Below, piece by piece: positions 50,312 to 60,228 of a stretch of 64,000 nt of DNA. The translations under genes were made by a program, and so were the position numbers. The notes under the pieces are model-generated. The model was not told the origin of the DNA. It saw nothing but the letters and a program-made list of their open reading frames with translations, and ran no database searches. How positions within the stretch are numbered: the stretch's first letter is position 1; the number at the start of each line of letters is the position of its first letter. This stretch comes from an uncultured Acidobacteriaceae bacterium (GTDB taxonomy: Bacteria > Acidobacteriota > Terriglobia > Terriglobales > Acidobacteriaceae): contig CAWFYX010000008.1 in the NCBI GenBank assembly GCA_963820175.1, positions 99,318 through 163,317 of the forward strand, in the 5' to 3' direction.

Positions 50312-50364
50312 CGAATAATTGTTCCGGAGATTTCACCTAAACCCCGTTTAGGTTAAAATCAAAG

Positions 50365-50613
50365 ATGCCAACGGTCCTCAGCTTCGCGGGATACCGAATC
50401 GTGGTTTATCCCAACGATCATCGGCAAGCGCACGTGCATGTCAGCGGCAACGACTGCGAAGCTGTGTTTGAGCTGAATTGCCCGATAGGCCCGATTGTTC
50501 TGCGAGAGAATTAGGGGTGCGGACGTTTGGAAATCGGACGAATCCGACGAGAGCTGAAGCGACAGCTGATCCGGCTATGTCGAGCATGGGAGAGAATTCA
50601 TGGCATCGAGTGA
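50365..50613 (+). pseudogene. DUF4160-family protein interrupted by in-frame TAG (50512-50514)
   Basis: MPTVLSFAGYRIVVYPNDHRQAHVHV...VLREN-TAG-GCGRLEIGRIRRELKRQLIRLCRAWERIHGIE; both halves match the family pattern in one frame. Confidence 0.7.
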
Positions 50614-51010
50614 CGAATTTCAGGCAGCCAATGAGCGTGCACGCCGCGTGCGCAGGAAGACGCCTGCGGCAGTGGCTGCCCAGTTTGATCGTAAGAGCGG
50701 GCGTATCGTCATTAGCTTGAGTTCTGGCGTCGAGGTCAGCTTTTCGCCCAGCGCAGCCGAGGGTTTGGAGAACGCCACGGCTTCCCAGTTAAGCGCAATC
50801 GAAATCACCCCCTCCGGATTGGGTATTCACTTTCCCAAGCTGGATGCCGACTTATACCTGCCTGCTTTGTTGGAGGGCGTGCTCGGGTCGAGGAAGTGGA
50901 TGGCGGCGAGGATGGGTTCTGTAGGCGGCAAGAGAACCAGCGTTGCGAAGCGGCAGGCGTCGCGAGCCAACGGGCGGTTAGGGGGGGCGCCCGAAGAAAG
51001 CGGCGGCTAG
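50600..51010 (+). CDS. DUF2442-family protein with basic C-terminal tail
   Basis: ...GRIVISLSSGVEVSFSP...LSAIEITPSGLGIHFPKLDADLYLPALLEG; overlaps the DUF4160 gene by 14 nt, the usual pairing for these two families. Confidence 0.7.
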   Translation: MASSDEFQAANERARRVRRKTPAAVAAQFDRKSGRIVISLSSGVEVSFSPSAAEGLENATASQLSAIEITPSGLGIHFPKLDADLYLPALLEGVLGSRKWMAARMGSVGGKRTSVAKRQASRANGRLGGAPEESGG

Positions 51011-51081
51011 CTAAGTGGTCGCTCTCTCTCATGGAGAATGTTGCCCAATCGCTCTCGGAATTCTTGCGTTCGTGATCAAAG

Positions 51082-51106
51082 TATCTCCGTGCCCTCCGTG
51101 GTGAAT
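51082..51106. repeat. Repeat family E, inverted copy
   Basis: The reverse complement reads ATTCACCACGGAGGGCACGGAGATA. Confidence 0.5.
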
Positions 51107-51183
51107 CGCCTGCTACTTGCTCCGCTTCACTATTTCTGTTTAGATTCTGAGGCACTGATTCCACAACTCCCGGGAGCATTCCC

Positions 51184-52762
51184 CTGGCGACACAAATCTT
51201 CGCGTGCAAGTCCATTGACAAGCTGATCTCCGAATCGGAGGAGCCGGAACACCGGCTGAAGAAGACGCTGGGCCCGTGGTCGCTGACCGGACTGGGCATC
51301 GGCGCAGTCATTGGCTCCGGCATTTTCACCGTTATGGGAACGGCGATCGCGGGCCAGAAATTCGACACCGCATCGATCCTCAACAGCCCGCTGGCTGACT
51401 ACATCGTGCATCATGCCGCCACGCTCGGGCGTCCCGGCGCCGGACCAGCTCTGGCGATTTCGCTGATCCTGGTCGCCATCGTCTGCGCCTTCACCGGCCT
51501 CTGTTACGCGGAACTGGCATCGATGATTCCCATCGCCGGCAGCGCCTACACCTACACCTATGCGACCATGGGCGAACTGATCGCGTGGATCATCGGGTGG
51601 GACCTGATCCTGGAGTACGCGGTCAGCAACATGGCGGTCAGCGTGGGCTTCGCCGCGCACATGGCTGCCACCTTCAACTGGTTTGGCTGGCATCCCGCGT
51701 TGCGCTGGATCTCGCCCGCGTATCTGCCGGGCGGCCTCACCGATTTGCAAGGCAACGTTCTCTATACGCCGGGCTGGCACTTCGGCTTCAACATTCCCGC
51801 GTTTCTGATTGTCATGCTGCTCACGGTGGTGCTGGTGCGCGGCATTCGCGAGTCGACCGAGACCAACAACATCCTGGTCCTGCTGAAAATCGCAGCCATC
51901 CTGGCATTCGTGTTCGTAGGGATGCGCTTCATTCATCCCGCCAACTACCATCCCTTCGTGCCGGAAGGCTGGTCGGGCGTGCTCACCGGCGGATCGATCA
52001 TCTTCTTCACCTACATCGGATTCGATTCGGTCTCGACCGCGGCGGAGGAAGCCCGAAACCCGCAGCGCGACATTCCGATCGGCATCATCGCCACCCTGGT
52101 GGTTTGCACCTTGCTCTACATCGCCGTCGCCGTGGTGCTGACCGGGATCGTTCCCTGGCGCTCCTTGATCGATGACGCCGCTCCGGTAGTGAACAGCATG
52201 AGCATGCTGGCGGGCACGACAAAGTCTGCCCTGCTGCACTGGACCGAGCTAGCCGTGCTGTTCGGCGCGATGATGGGCATGATCTCGTCGCTGCTGGTGT
52301 TCCAACTGGGACAGGCGCGGGTATGGTTTTCCATGTCGCGCGACGGACTGCTGCCTGAGATGTTCAGCCGGGTGCATCCGCGCTTTCGCACGCCCGCCGT
52401 GGCGACGTGGATCGCAGGATTTCTCGTCGGCATTCCCGGAGGCATTCTCGATATTGGCACGTTGTCAGACCTGACGAACATCGGCACGCTATTTGCGTTT
52501 GTGCTGGTGTCGCTGGGCGTGATCATCCTGCGCTACAAGCAGCCGGATCGGCATCGAGGCTTCCGCGCTCCCGGCGGTTTGGCCGCGCCGATTCTCAGCG
52601 TGATCTTCTGCGTGTCTGCTGATGGCTGGCCTGCCGATTCTTACCTGGATACGATTCTTCGTGTGGCTGCTGATCGGCATGGTGGTGTATTGGCTTTACA
52701 GCCGCCATCGCAGCGAGTTCAGCCCGCGCAGCTCTGGCCCCGCACTCCACAGCGGCGATTAA
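51184..52762 (+). pseudogene. APC-superfamily amino acid permease; non-canonical start and 3' frameshift
   Basis: The conserved N-terminus (IFACKSIDKLISESEEPEHRLKKTLGPWSLTGLGIGAVIGSGIF) lies upstream of the first ATG (51334), and only CTG 51184 follows a GGGAG RBS. After about 52611-52618 the last TM helix (LLMAGLPILTWIRFFVWLLIGMVVYWLY...) continues in another frame to TAA 52760-52762. Confidence 0.8.
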
Positions 52763-52913
52763 GCGGTCAGCATTCAATCTTTCCATTTGACAAAGCGGAG
52801 CGTCACCGCCATAGTGGGCGCATAAATCCCTCATCAAGGCTCGTGACCTATGCCAGATCTCGGTTCCAACACGAGTCGTCCGCAGCCCAAGGCCAATACC
52901 GGCTCGGCGTTTC

Positions 52914-54086
52914 TTGAACTGGCTGAGTGACACCTCGACCGCTTTCGTGCATTTGGAACGCCGCTTCGATCCCGTCTACCGTCCTGCGTTCGATGCCCTG
53001 TTGCGCGATCCCATTGCACGGGTGGCCACGGCGTTGATCAACAGCAGGCGTCCGAACGAAGGGTTGAAGATCGCCGAGGAGCGGCCGATTCCGGACGAAG
53101 AAGCGTGGGTCGACTCCATCATCACGAGCTTCGAAAAACAGATGCGACTGCTGTGGAAGCCGGGAGGCTTCGAGCGCGGAGGCAATACCAAAACGCACGG
53201 CATCGTGCGCGGTGAGTTCATCGTCCACGACAATCTGCCTGCCGAACTGCGTCACGGTATCTACGCCGAGCCGCGCAGCTATCGCGCCTGGGTGCGCTTC
53301 TCCGGCCCCGGGCCGTACATCACGCCTGACATCGACGACGTAGGCTTCATGAGCATGAGCATCAAGCTGATGGGCGTGCCCGGGCCGAAGCTAATGGAGG
53401 AGGAGAAGTTCACCCAGGACATGACCGGCGTGTCCACGCCGACTTTCGTCACGCCCGATGTCAACGCTAACGCGCAACTGCAGATCGAGAGCCTGAAGAA
53501 TGCGCAGATCTTCTACTTCCTCAATTTCCATCGCTCTCACGTGCTCGATCTCATCATGCAGTCGCTGTGGATCAAGACCCAGAGCAGCCCGCTGGAAGCG
53601 CCTTACTTCAGTTGCGTTCCGTATCTGTTGGGGGAAGGCCAGGCCATGCAGTACTCGATGTGGCCGAAATCCAGCAAGCGAACTCGTATACCGCACCTGC
53701 CATTAAGGCCTCCCGACGACTATCTGCGCAATGCCATGGCGGCCACACTGGGCGAAGAAGATACCGAGTTCGATATTCGCCTGCAGCTGCAGACCGATCC
53801 GCACCTGATGCCCCTCGAGAACAACGCCGTGCTCTGGCCGGAAAAGCTATCGCCTCGCATCTCGGCAGCGACGCTGCATATTCCCCGACAGCAATTCAAC
53901 TCGCCGGCACAGATCAACTTTGAAAAGCAACTTTCCTACAATCCCTGGCATTGCATCGCTGAACATCGTCCCTTAGGCAATCAAAGCCGTGCCCGGCGAC
54001 GCATGTACTTCGTACTTTCCACCCTGCGCCATACCATGAACAACATTCCTCATTACGAGCCGACCGGAGACGAAGTCTTTGACTGA
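52914..54086 (+). CDS. Catalase-related haem protein (small catalase-like/peroxidase family)
   Basis: Distal-side motif ERGGNTKTHGIVRGEFIV and a proximal R....Y (RARRRMYF). TTG start; an ATG at 52850 in another frame might be the true start if one more indel is present. Confidence 0.7.
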   Translation: MNWLSDTSTAFVHLERRFDPVYRPAFDALLRDPIARVATALINSRRPNEGLKIAEERPIPDEEAWVDSIITSFEKQMRLLWKPGGFERGGNTKTHGIVRGEFIVHDNLPAELRHGIYAEPRSYRAWVRFSGPGPYITPDIDDVGFMSMSIKLMGVPGPKLMEEEKFTQDMTGVSTPTFVTPDVNANAQLQIESLKNAQIFYFLNFHRSHVLDLIMQSLWIKTQSSPLEAPYFSCVPYLLGEGQAMQYSMWPKSSKRTRIPHLPLRPPDDYLRNAMAATLGEEDTEFDIRLQLQTDPHLMPLENNAVLWPEKLSPRISAATLHIPRQQFNSPAQINFEKQLSYNPWHCIAEHRPLGNQSRARRRMYFVLSTLRHTMNNIPHYEPTGDEVFD

Positions 54087-54220
54087 CGGGGCACTACCAT
54101 GCCATTGACAAAAGCTCGCGCTGCCGCCATAGTGGCGACACTTCCACCGGGCGCTTCCAAAATCTAGTGATCGCCGGATTCCTCTGCAGTCGCCGGCGCA
54201 CATCGAGGAGACTGAATCCC

Positions 54221-54661
54221 ATGGCGTACACGGCGCCGCAGTTGCTGGCGATGTCCCAAAAACAGCTCGACGACCTTTTCGCCGCCAGTCCGGCCGGCGA
54301 TATTCCGAATGGAGAGGCGAACGGCACCGCCATCATTGCTTCGGGAACTCCCTTCTCGGCTGAGATTGCAGGGGTGATCGAGATTTTCGGCTGGAAGGGC
54401 AAGACCTTCGACGCCGCCCATGGAACGCTGATGAATCGGATCTCGGCCTTCGGGGTGAACGCTATCGTCGCCGAGGTTTACAAGACCGCGAGCTGGTTCG
54501 ATAGCAAAGAATGCATTGTGCTTGATTACTCGAAAACTTCGCTGGTGGCCGAACACATTCGCGACGAAATTCGTGAGATCAGTCCGGGGATGTATCTCGG
54601 CCTGGTGTATTGGAACAAAGACAGGACGATCCATTTTGCGCTGCAGTTTCCAAGTTCATGA
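54221..54661 (+). CDS. GXWXG/DUF4334-like small protein
   Basis: FGWKGKTF (GxWxG) followed by LDYSKTSLVAEHIRDEIREISPGMYLGLVYW. GAGGAG RBS; stop overlaps the next start (ATGA). Confidence 0.5.
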   Translation: MAYTAPQLLAMSQKQLDDLFAASPAGDIPNGEANGTAIIASGTPFSAEIAGVIEIFGWKGKTFDAAHGTLMNRISAFGVNAIVAEVYKTASWFDSKECIVLDYSKTSLVAEHIRDEIREISPGMYLGLVYWNKDRTIHFALQFPSS

Positions 54662-55960
54662 CGCCGCAATCCAACCTCATGGTGCTGGCGCCGATCGCGC
54701 CCGATCGGATCGACGATCTCCGCCAGTTGCTGACGTCCATGAATCGCAGTCCCGGCGTCGTCGACCCGCAGAATGCTTTGGTTCCCTTCGGGCAGTTCGA
54801 CCGGTTGCACTTCGGACGAATCCTCATTCTCAATGATCTGACGCTCGATGACATCACGGCGTATGGATTGCCGATAGCCGACTATCCCACGTACCTGGCG
54901 TTTCTAGCGGATTTCGACGGACCCTCGGAAACGTTCTTTGCTGAACTGGCGCAACGGGCCGGCGACGGCTTGAAGCGTATTTTTTCTCACTGTACGCACT
55001 TCGATCCGAACGCCAATCTTCTGGACTTGGATGAAGGCCCGCAACCTGACTCCGGCGACGATCTACGTGAACTGGATTGGGCGCACGGTTCGACAAGTCG
55101 GAGAGGAAGCGGCGCTGCACGATTCTCTGGTGGTTTGGTCGCAACAGAACGCCGCGGCATTGGCGGCTATGCCTCCCGCCCAGTTACATGGGGTGCTCAA
55201 ACAATATGTTCGCGGGGAACAGCAGGCCGGACGGCTGACGCTCACTCCCCCGGCACCAACACCGTTCGGCTGGTGGATTGGCAATTCGATTCATCTGCTA
55301 GGCGTGCCCCTATTGCTTCTGCTGCTTGCTCCGTTCCTGCTGATCTACTCTCCCGTCTTCTTCCTTCAGCTTCGCCGCCATGAGCGCTCTGACCCGGAAA
55401 TCGCACCGCGCATCGATCCCGTCCACGCGCACCAGTTGGCGACACTGGAAGATCACGACGTGACCAACCAGTTCAGCGCCATGGGCCAGATCAAGCCCGG
55501 CCCGTTCCGGCGCTGGCTGCTCATATTTCTTCTCTGGGTGATCAACTACACCGCCAGACACATTTACAACCACGGACGGCTGGCGCGGGTGAGCACAATT
55601 CATTTCGCGCGCTGGGTATTTCTCGACGACAAGAAGCGCCTGCTGTTCGCCAGCAACTACGATGGCAGCCTGGAAAGCTACATGGACGATTTCATCAACA
55701 AGGTTGGATTCGGCTTGAACGTGGTTTTCGGCAACGGCGTCGGCTATCCCACAACCAATTGGCTGCTTCTCGATGGTGCGAAGGACGAACAGAAGTTTAA
55801 GTACGTGCTTCGCCGCCACCAGTTGCCAACCGAAGTCTGGTACAACGCATATCCGGGGCTGACGGCATATGATAGGCACCGGAATCTGTTGATCCGGCAA
55901 GGACTGGAGAAGCCATCGATGAGCGATAGCGAAGCCCGGCAATGGCTGCGACTGATTTAG
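54658..55960 (+). pseudogene. Conserved hypothetical membrane protein with duplicated HF(G/A)R(I/W) motifs, one frameshift
   Basis: The frame changes near 55021-55031 (..NANLLD / WMKARNLTPATIYVNWIGRTV..). It has a central TM helix (LLGVPLLLLLLAPFLLIYSPVFF), plus LHFGRILIL and IHFARWVFLDD..LLFASNYDGSLESYMDDF. Confidence 0.65.
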
Positions 55961-56099
55961 TTACGGTTGGAAGGAGTTGCTATTAGCGTCGATTTACCGA
56001 AGCGGTGTAGGAGTTCGCGGCAGCTCGACCTGAAAATCATCAGGTTGGAACGAGGGTTCAAGCTCGCTTCGAATCAGCCGCGAAGCGGCGGCGATGAAG

Positions 56100-56259
56100 T
56101 TAGCCCAGGACGCAGCCGCAGGCGGAGTCCTGGGTAGGGCCACTGAAGATTGGCTGGAGTCCCGTAGGGACGCCGGAGGTTTGTGCCGCCGGCTGAAGCC
56201 GGCTAAGAGTGAAGAGGTACAGAACGATTCGGCGCGTCTAAAGGCGCGCCCCTTCAAAC
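56100..56259. repeat. REP-like repeat cluster (family B blocks plus GCCGGCTGAAGCCGGC and GGCGCGTCTAAAGGCGCGCC-CCTTCAAAC hairpins)
   Basis: Shares TTAGCCCAG / CTGGGTA / AGTCCCGTAGGGACG with 11111-11227. The last hairpin resembles 8187-8212 inside the ABC ATPase gene. Confidence 0.65.
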
Positions 56260-56299
56260 AATTGGGAACCTGATTTTCTTAGCAGGGAGCAACAACGGC

Positions 56300-57793
56300 G
56301 TGAACGGTTACGCAGTGGATTACAGCGACGTGCAAGGCCTGGTGCGTTTCGGTTATGCCGCACTCACCGAGGCCAGCTTTTTGCTGCTGCGCATTCGCGA
56401 TGCCCGGGCGGCGGCAGCATGGCTCGCCTCAGCGCCAATCTCGAACGCGGTCGCGCTGGATAAAGCTCCGCCCACCGCGATGCAGGTAGCGTTCACCCGC
56501 CCCGGTCTGGAGGCGTTGCATCTTCCCGCAAACGTGATCGCTGGATTCTCTGACGAGTTTCTCTCCGGCATGTGGGGCGAAGAAAACCGCTCGCACCGGC
56601 TGGGCGACATTGGAGCAAACGCTCCCGAGTATTGGCGTTGGGGTGGACCAGAGAAAGTTCCCCATGTCCTGGTGATGCTCTATGCGCAGAAGGGTCAATT
56701 GCAGGCATTCACTCAGGCAATCCAAAGTCCGGCATGGGATGCTGCGTTCGAGCTGATGGATTCGCTTCCGACTTCGGACCTGCAAGGCGTCGAGCCTTTC
56801 GGTTTCACTGACGGAATCAGCGAGCCCTCGCTGGACTGGGAGCGCCATCGCACCGCAGACGATCAGATTGCCTACACCAATCTTTCGTGCCTGGGCGAGT
56901 TTCTGCTCGGCTATCCCAACGAGTACGGCAGATATACCGATCGGCCGCTGCTGCCCGACAACAGCACGACTGCAGCATTACCCGAAGCCGAAGATCAACG
57001 GGGAATGCGTGATCTGGGCCGCAATGGCAGCTATCTGGTCCTGCGGCAATTGCAGCAGGATGTTCGCGGCTTTTGGCAATTCGCCGATCGCCAGGCGAAA
57101 TCCGATCCGCAAGCGCGCGAACAACTGGCGACTGCGATGGTGGGCCGCCATCGCAACGGCGATCCGTTGATGCCTTTGAGCAGGCAGCCAATCGAGGGAG
57201 TGCAACCAGCTCAGCCCTCCAATCAGTTCACTTATGATTCCGATGTTGACGGCACGCGCTGTCCCTTCGGGGCGCACGTTCGGCGCTCCAATCCGCGTAA
57301 TGCCGATTTTCCACCGGGAACCACAGGCCTCTTCTCGCGCCTGATTCACAATCTCGGCTTTGCAGGAACTGGTCTTCGCGAAGACATCATGTCGTCGACC
57401 CGTTTCCACCGACTGCTGCGGCGCGGTCGCGAGTATGGTCCGGGCCTGTCGCCCGAACAGGCGGTGCAGCCTGACTATCCCGATGCTGCCGAGCACGGGA
57501 TCCAATTCATCTGCATCAACGCGAACATTTCCCGTCAGTTCGAGTTCGTGCAGGGCGCCTGGATCATGAACACCAAGTTCAACGGGATGACCGGAGAGAG
57601 CGATCCTCTGCTGGGTAATCGCCAGCCGATTCCCGGCTGCGCGGTCACGAATAATTTTTCGCTGCCGCTGGAAAGCGGCCTTCCCCGCTGCATTTCCGGC
57701 CTGCCGCAATTCATAACCGTGCGCGGCGGCGCCTACTTCTTTCTGCCGGGAATCCGGGCCCTGCACTACCTGGCTACGCAAGGCCGCGAATAA
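56300..57793 (+). CDS. DyP-type peroxidase
   Basis: DVQGLVRFGY start, the GXXDG motif in FGFTDGISEP, distal R region, 497 aa; GTG start. Confidence 0.85.
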   Translation: MNGYAVDYSDVQGLVRFGYAALTEASFLLLRIRDARAAAAWLASAPISNAVALDKAPPTAMQVAFTRPGLEALHLPANVIAGFSDEFLSGMWGEENRSHRLGDIGANAPEYWRWGGPEKVPHVLVMLYAQKGQLQAFTQAIQSPAWDAAFELMDSLPTSDLQGVEPFGFTDGISEPSLDWERHRTADDQIAYTNLSCLGEFLLGYPNEYGRYTDRPLLPDNSTTAALPEAEDQRGMRDLGRNGSYLVLRQLQQDVRGFWQFADRQAKSDPQAREQLATAMVGRHRNGDPLMPLSRQPIEGVQPAQPSNQFTYDSDVDGTRCPFGAHVRRSNPRNADFPPGTTGLFSRLIHNLGFAGTGLREDIMSSTRFHRLLRRGREYGPGLSPEQAVQPDYPDAAEHGIQFICINANISRQFEFVQGAWIMNTKFNGMTGESDPLLGNRQPIPGCAVTNNFSLPLESGLPRCISGLPQFITVRGGAYFFLPGIRALHYLATQGRE

Positions 57794-60083
57794 TTACTGC
57801 GCCACTCCGCCCGCGGGAACATTCTCCTCCAGGTAGCGCGCGATCAGGCTGTGGATGTGAAACGAAGTACCCGGCCCCTCGGAGATCGAGTGAGTGCGAT
57901 TCGGATAATCCATCATGTCGAACGGCTTGCCCAGCGCGATCAGTTGGTTGATCAGCAACTCGGTTCCCTGGTAATGAACGTTGTCGTCGCCCGAGCCGTG
58001 CACGATCAGCAGCTTTCCGTTCAGTCCGTCCGCAAAGTTGATCGCTGAACCGTCGTGATAGCCCTTGACGTTGTCCTGCGGCAAACCCATGTAGCGTTCC
58101 TGATAGATGGTGTCGTAATGCTTCTGGTCGGCGACCGGAGCTACCGCGATCCCCGCTTTGAAGAGTCCAGGATAGCGAAACATCATGTTCAGCGTGTTAG
58201 AGCCGCCGCCGCTCCATCCCCAGATGGCGAGCCGTGAGGAATCGACATAAGCACGCTCTTTCGCCAGCTCACGAATCGCTTCCGCCTGCTGCCCCGAAGA
58301 CAGAACGCCCACGTCGCCGTAGACGATCTTTCGCCAGTCGCGCCCCTTTGGCGCCGGCGTCCCTTGGTTGTCGAAGCTCACCACCAGGTATCCCTGGCGC
58401 GCGATCAGCTCGTGAAACAGTCTGCGGGAACCGCCCCAGGCGTCGGTGACGGTCGCGCCGGCGGGTTCGCCGTAGATGTAAACCAACACTGGATATTTCT
58501 TCTTGGGATCGAAATCCGGTGGCTTGATCATCCATCCATCCAGCTTCACGCCGTCGCCCACCGGCACCTGGAAGAATTCGGCCGGCGAGGCGATCAGGTC
58601 TTTCGCTTTACGTGTCAAGGCTTCGTTGGCTTCGAGCACTCGCACTACCTTGTGATCAGGCAGGCTGACCAACTCCGTCACGGTCGGTCGATCGAAGGTA
58701 GAAACCGTATGAAACGCCCACTTGCCGTTAGGAGAGATGTCATAGCCGTGCGTCCCAGGCTCATCCGACGGCGTGACGCGCTGCGGCGATCCGCGGCCAT
58801 CGATCCGCGAGCGGTAAAGATATTTGCGGGTGGCATCGTCGGGCGAAGCGATGAAGTAAAACCATTTACCCGCATCGTCGACCGCGATCTCAGAGATCAC
58901 GTCTGCCGGGAAAGTTGGTGATGAGCTGCGGCTTGCCGTCGGCCCGCGAAATCACGTAGCCGTGGCGCCAGCCGTCGCGCTCACTGAGCCATACCAGGCC
59001 CTTTCCGTCTCCCACCCAGTCGAGCGCGCGCACGTAATCCACCCAGGCCGCGTCCTTGTCTTCGAACAACGCTCGCACCGAACCGGTGTGCACGTCCGCC
59101 AGCATTACCTGGTTGGTGTTCTGCAGCCGGTTCAGATATTCCAGGATCAGCTGGTCCGAATTCTTGGCCCACTCCATACGCGCAACGTAGTGATTGCGTG
59201 GATCACCCGGCATATCCATCCACTTGGTAGCGCCGCCCTGCGCCGAAACTACGCCGACCTTGACGGCGGAATTGGTTGTCCCCGGCTGCGGATAGGGATA
59301 CGTCGTCACCACCGGATATTCTTCTTTCGTGTCGTTGATCAGCGAGTATTCACCGACGCCGGTCGTATCGAACTGCCAGTACGCGATGGACTGGCTGTCA
59401 GGCCTCCAGCGAAACGCATCGCGCAGGCTCAACTCTTCTTCCGTCACCCAGTCGGTGGTGCCGTTGATCAGGGTCGCGGAGCCATCCTGCGTCAAAGCGT
59501 GAATCTGATCGGTCGCCAGGTCCTGCACGTAAATGTTATTGGCGCGCACGAAGCCAACGCTCTTGCCGTCAGGTGAGAACTTGGCAAACATCAGCGACGA
59601 CTCGGGCGCGTCGCCGCCCAGCTTCTTGAGGTGTCCGCTGGCCAGATCGAGGAGCCAGTAGTCACCTCGTGTGTTGAGCCGCCAAACTTTCTTAGTGTTG
59701 GTGAAGATCAGCAGTTGCTGGTTGTCTTCCGACCAGGCATAGTCGTCGATCTTCATCGGCTTCGCGTCCGGCGCAGCAATCAGCTTGGCAGCCGAGACCA
59801 AGACCGTACGCTTGCCGGTTGCGGTATCGTACTCGACAATGTCCTCGCCTTTGGGGACTGCAGCCGACGGCTCGACCGTGGTGTATTCCGCTCCCTTGTT
59901 AATCCAACGGGCAGGTCCGAAATGTTTCGCGTCAAATTCGTGCTTGTTGAAGATGGCGTCAAGGGTGGGAGAAAGTTGTTGCGCCTGCAGCAAAGCTGGG
60001 AGACAGGTTGCGATCAAGAGAGCGCAGGCAAGACGGAGGACAAACGAATTTTTAGAAATCATCGTGAGGTAGGCTCGCCGCAT
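57794..60083 (-). pseudogene. S9-family dipeptidyl-peptidase IV-like serine peptidase (second copy), frameshifted
   Basis: The propeller part (..LITNFPG) and the catalytic part (ADVISEIAVDDAGKWFYF...GWSGGG...GSGDDNVH) are in different frames. An extra G near 58898-58905 explains the shift. Confidence 0.85.
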
Positions 60084-60228
60084 TGCAAACGTCCATGCGG
60101 TCTGCAGGGAATTCTAGCGAGCCGTGGCCCCCGGCTGCAATCGCGGTCAGTTCTCGGCCGGCCGGGGCCGTCAAAGTGCTTCGACCTTGGTGTCCAGATC
60201 CTGCGCTGCCTTGAGCGCCTCCGCACCC

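Noticed and set aside
51130-52239. 369-aa minus-strand ORF
   Set aside because: It is antisense to the APC permease, highly charged and Gly/Arg/Asp-rich, and has no recognisable domain.
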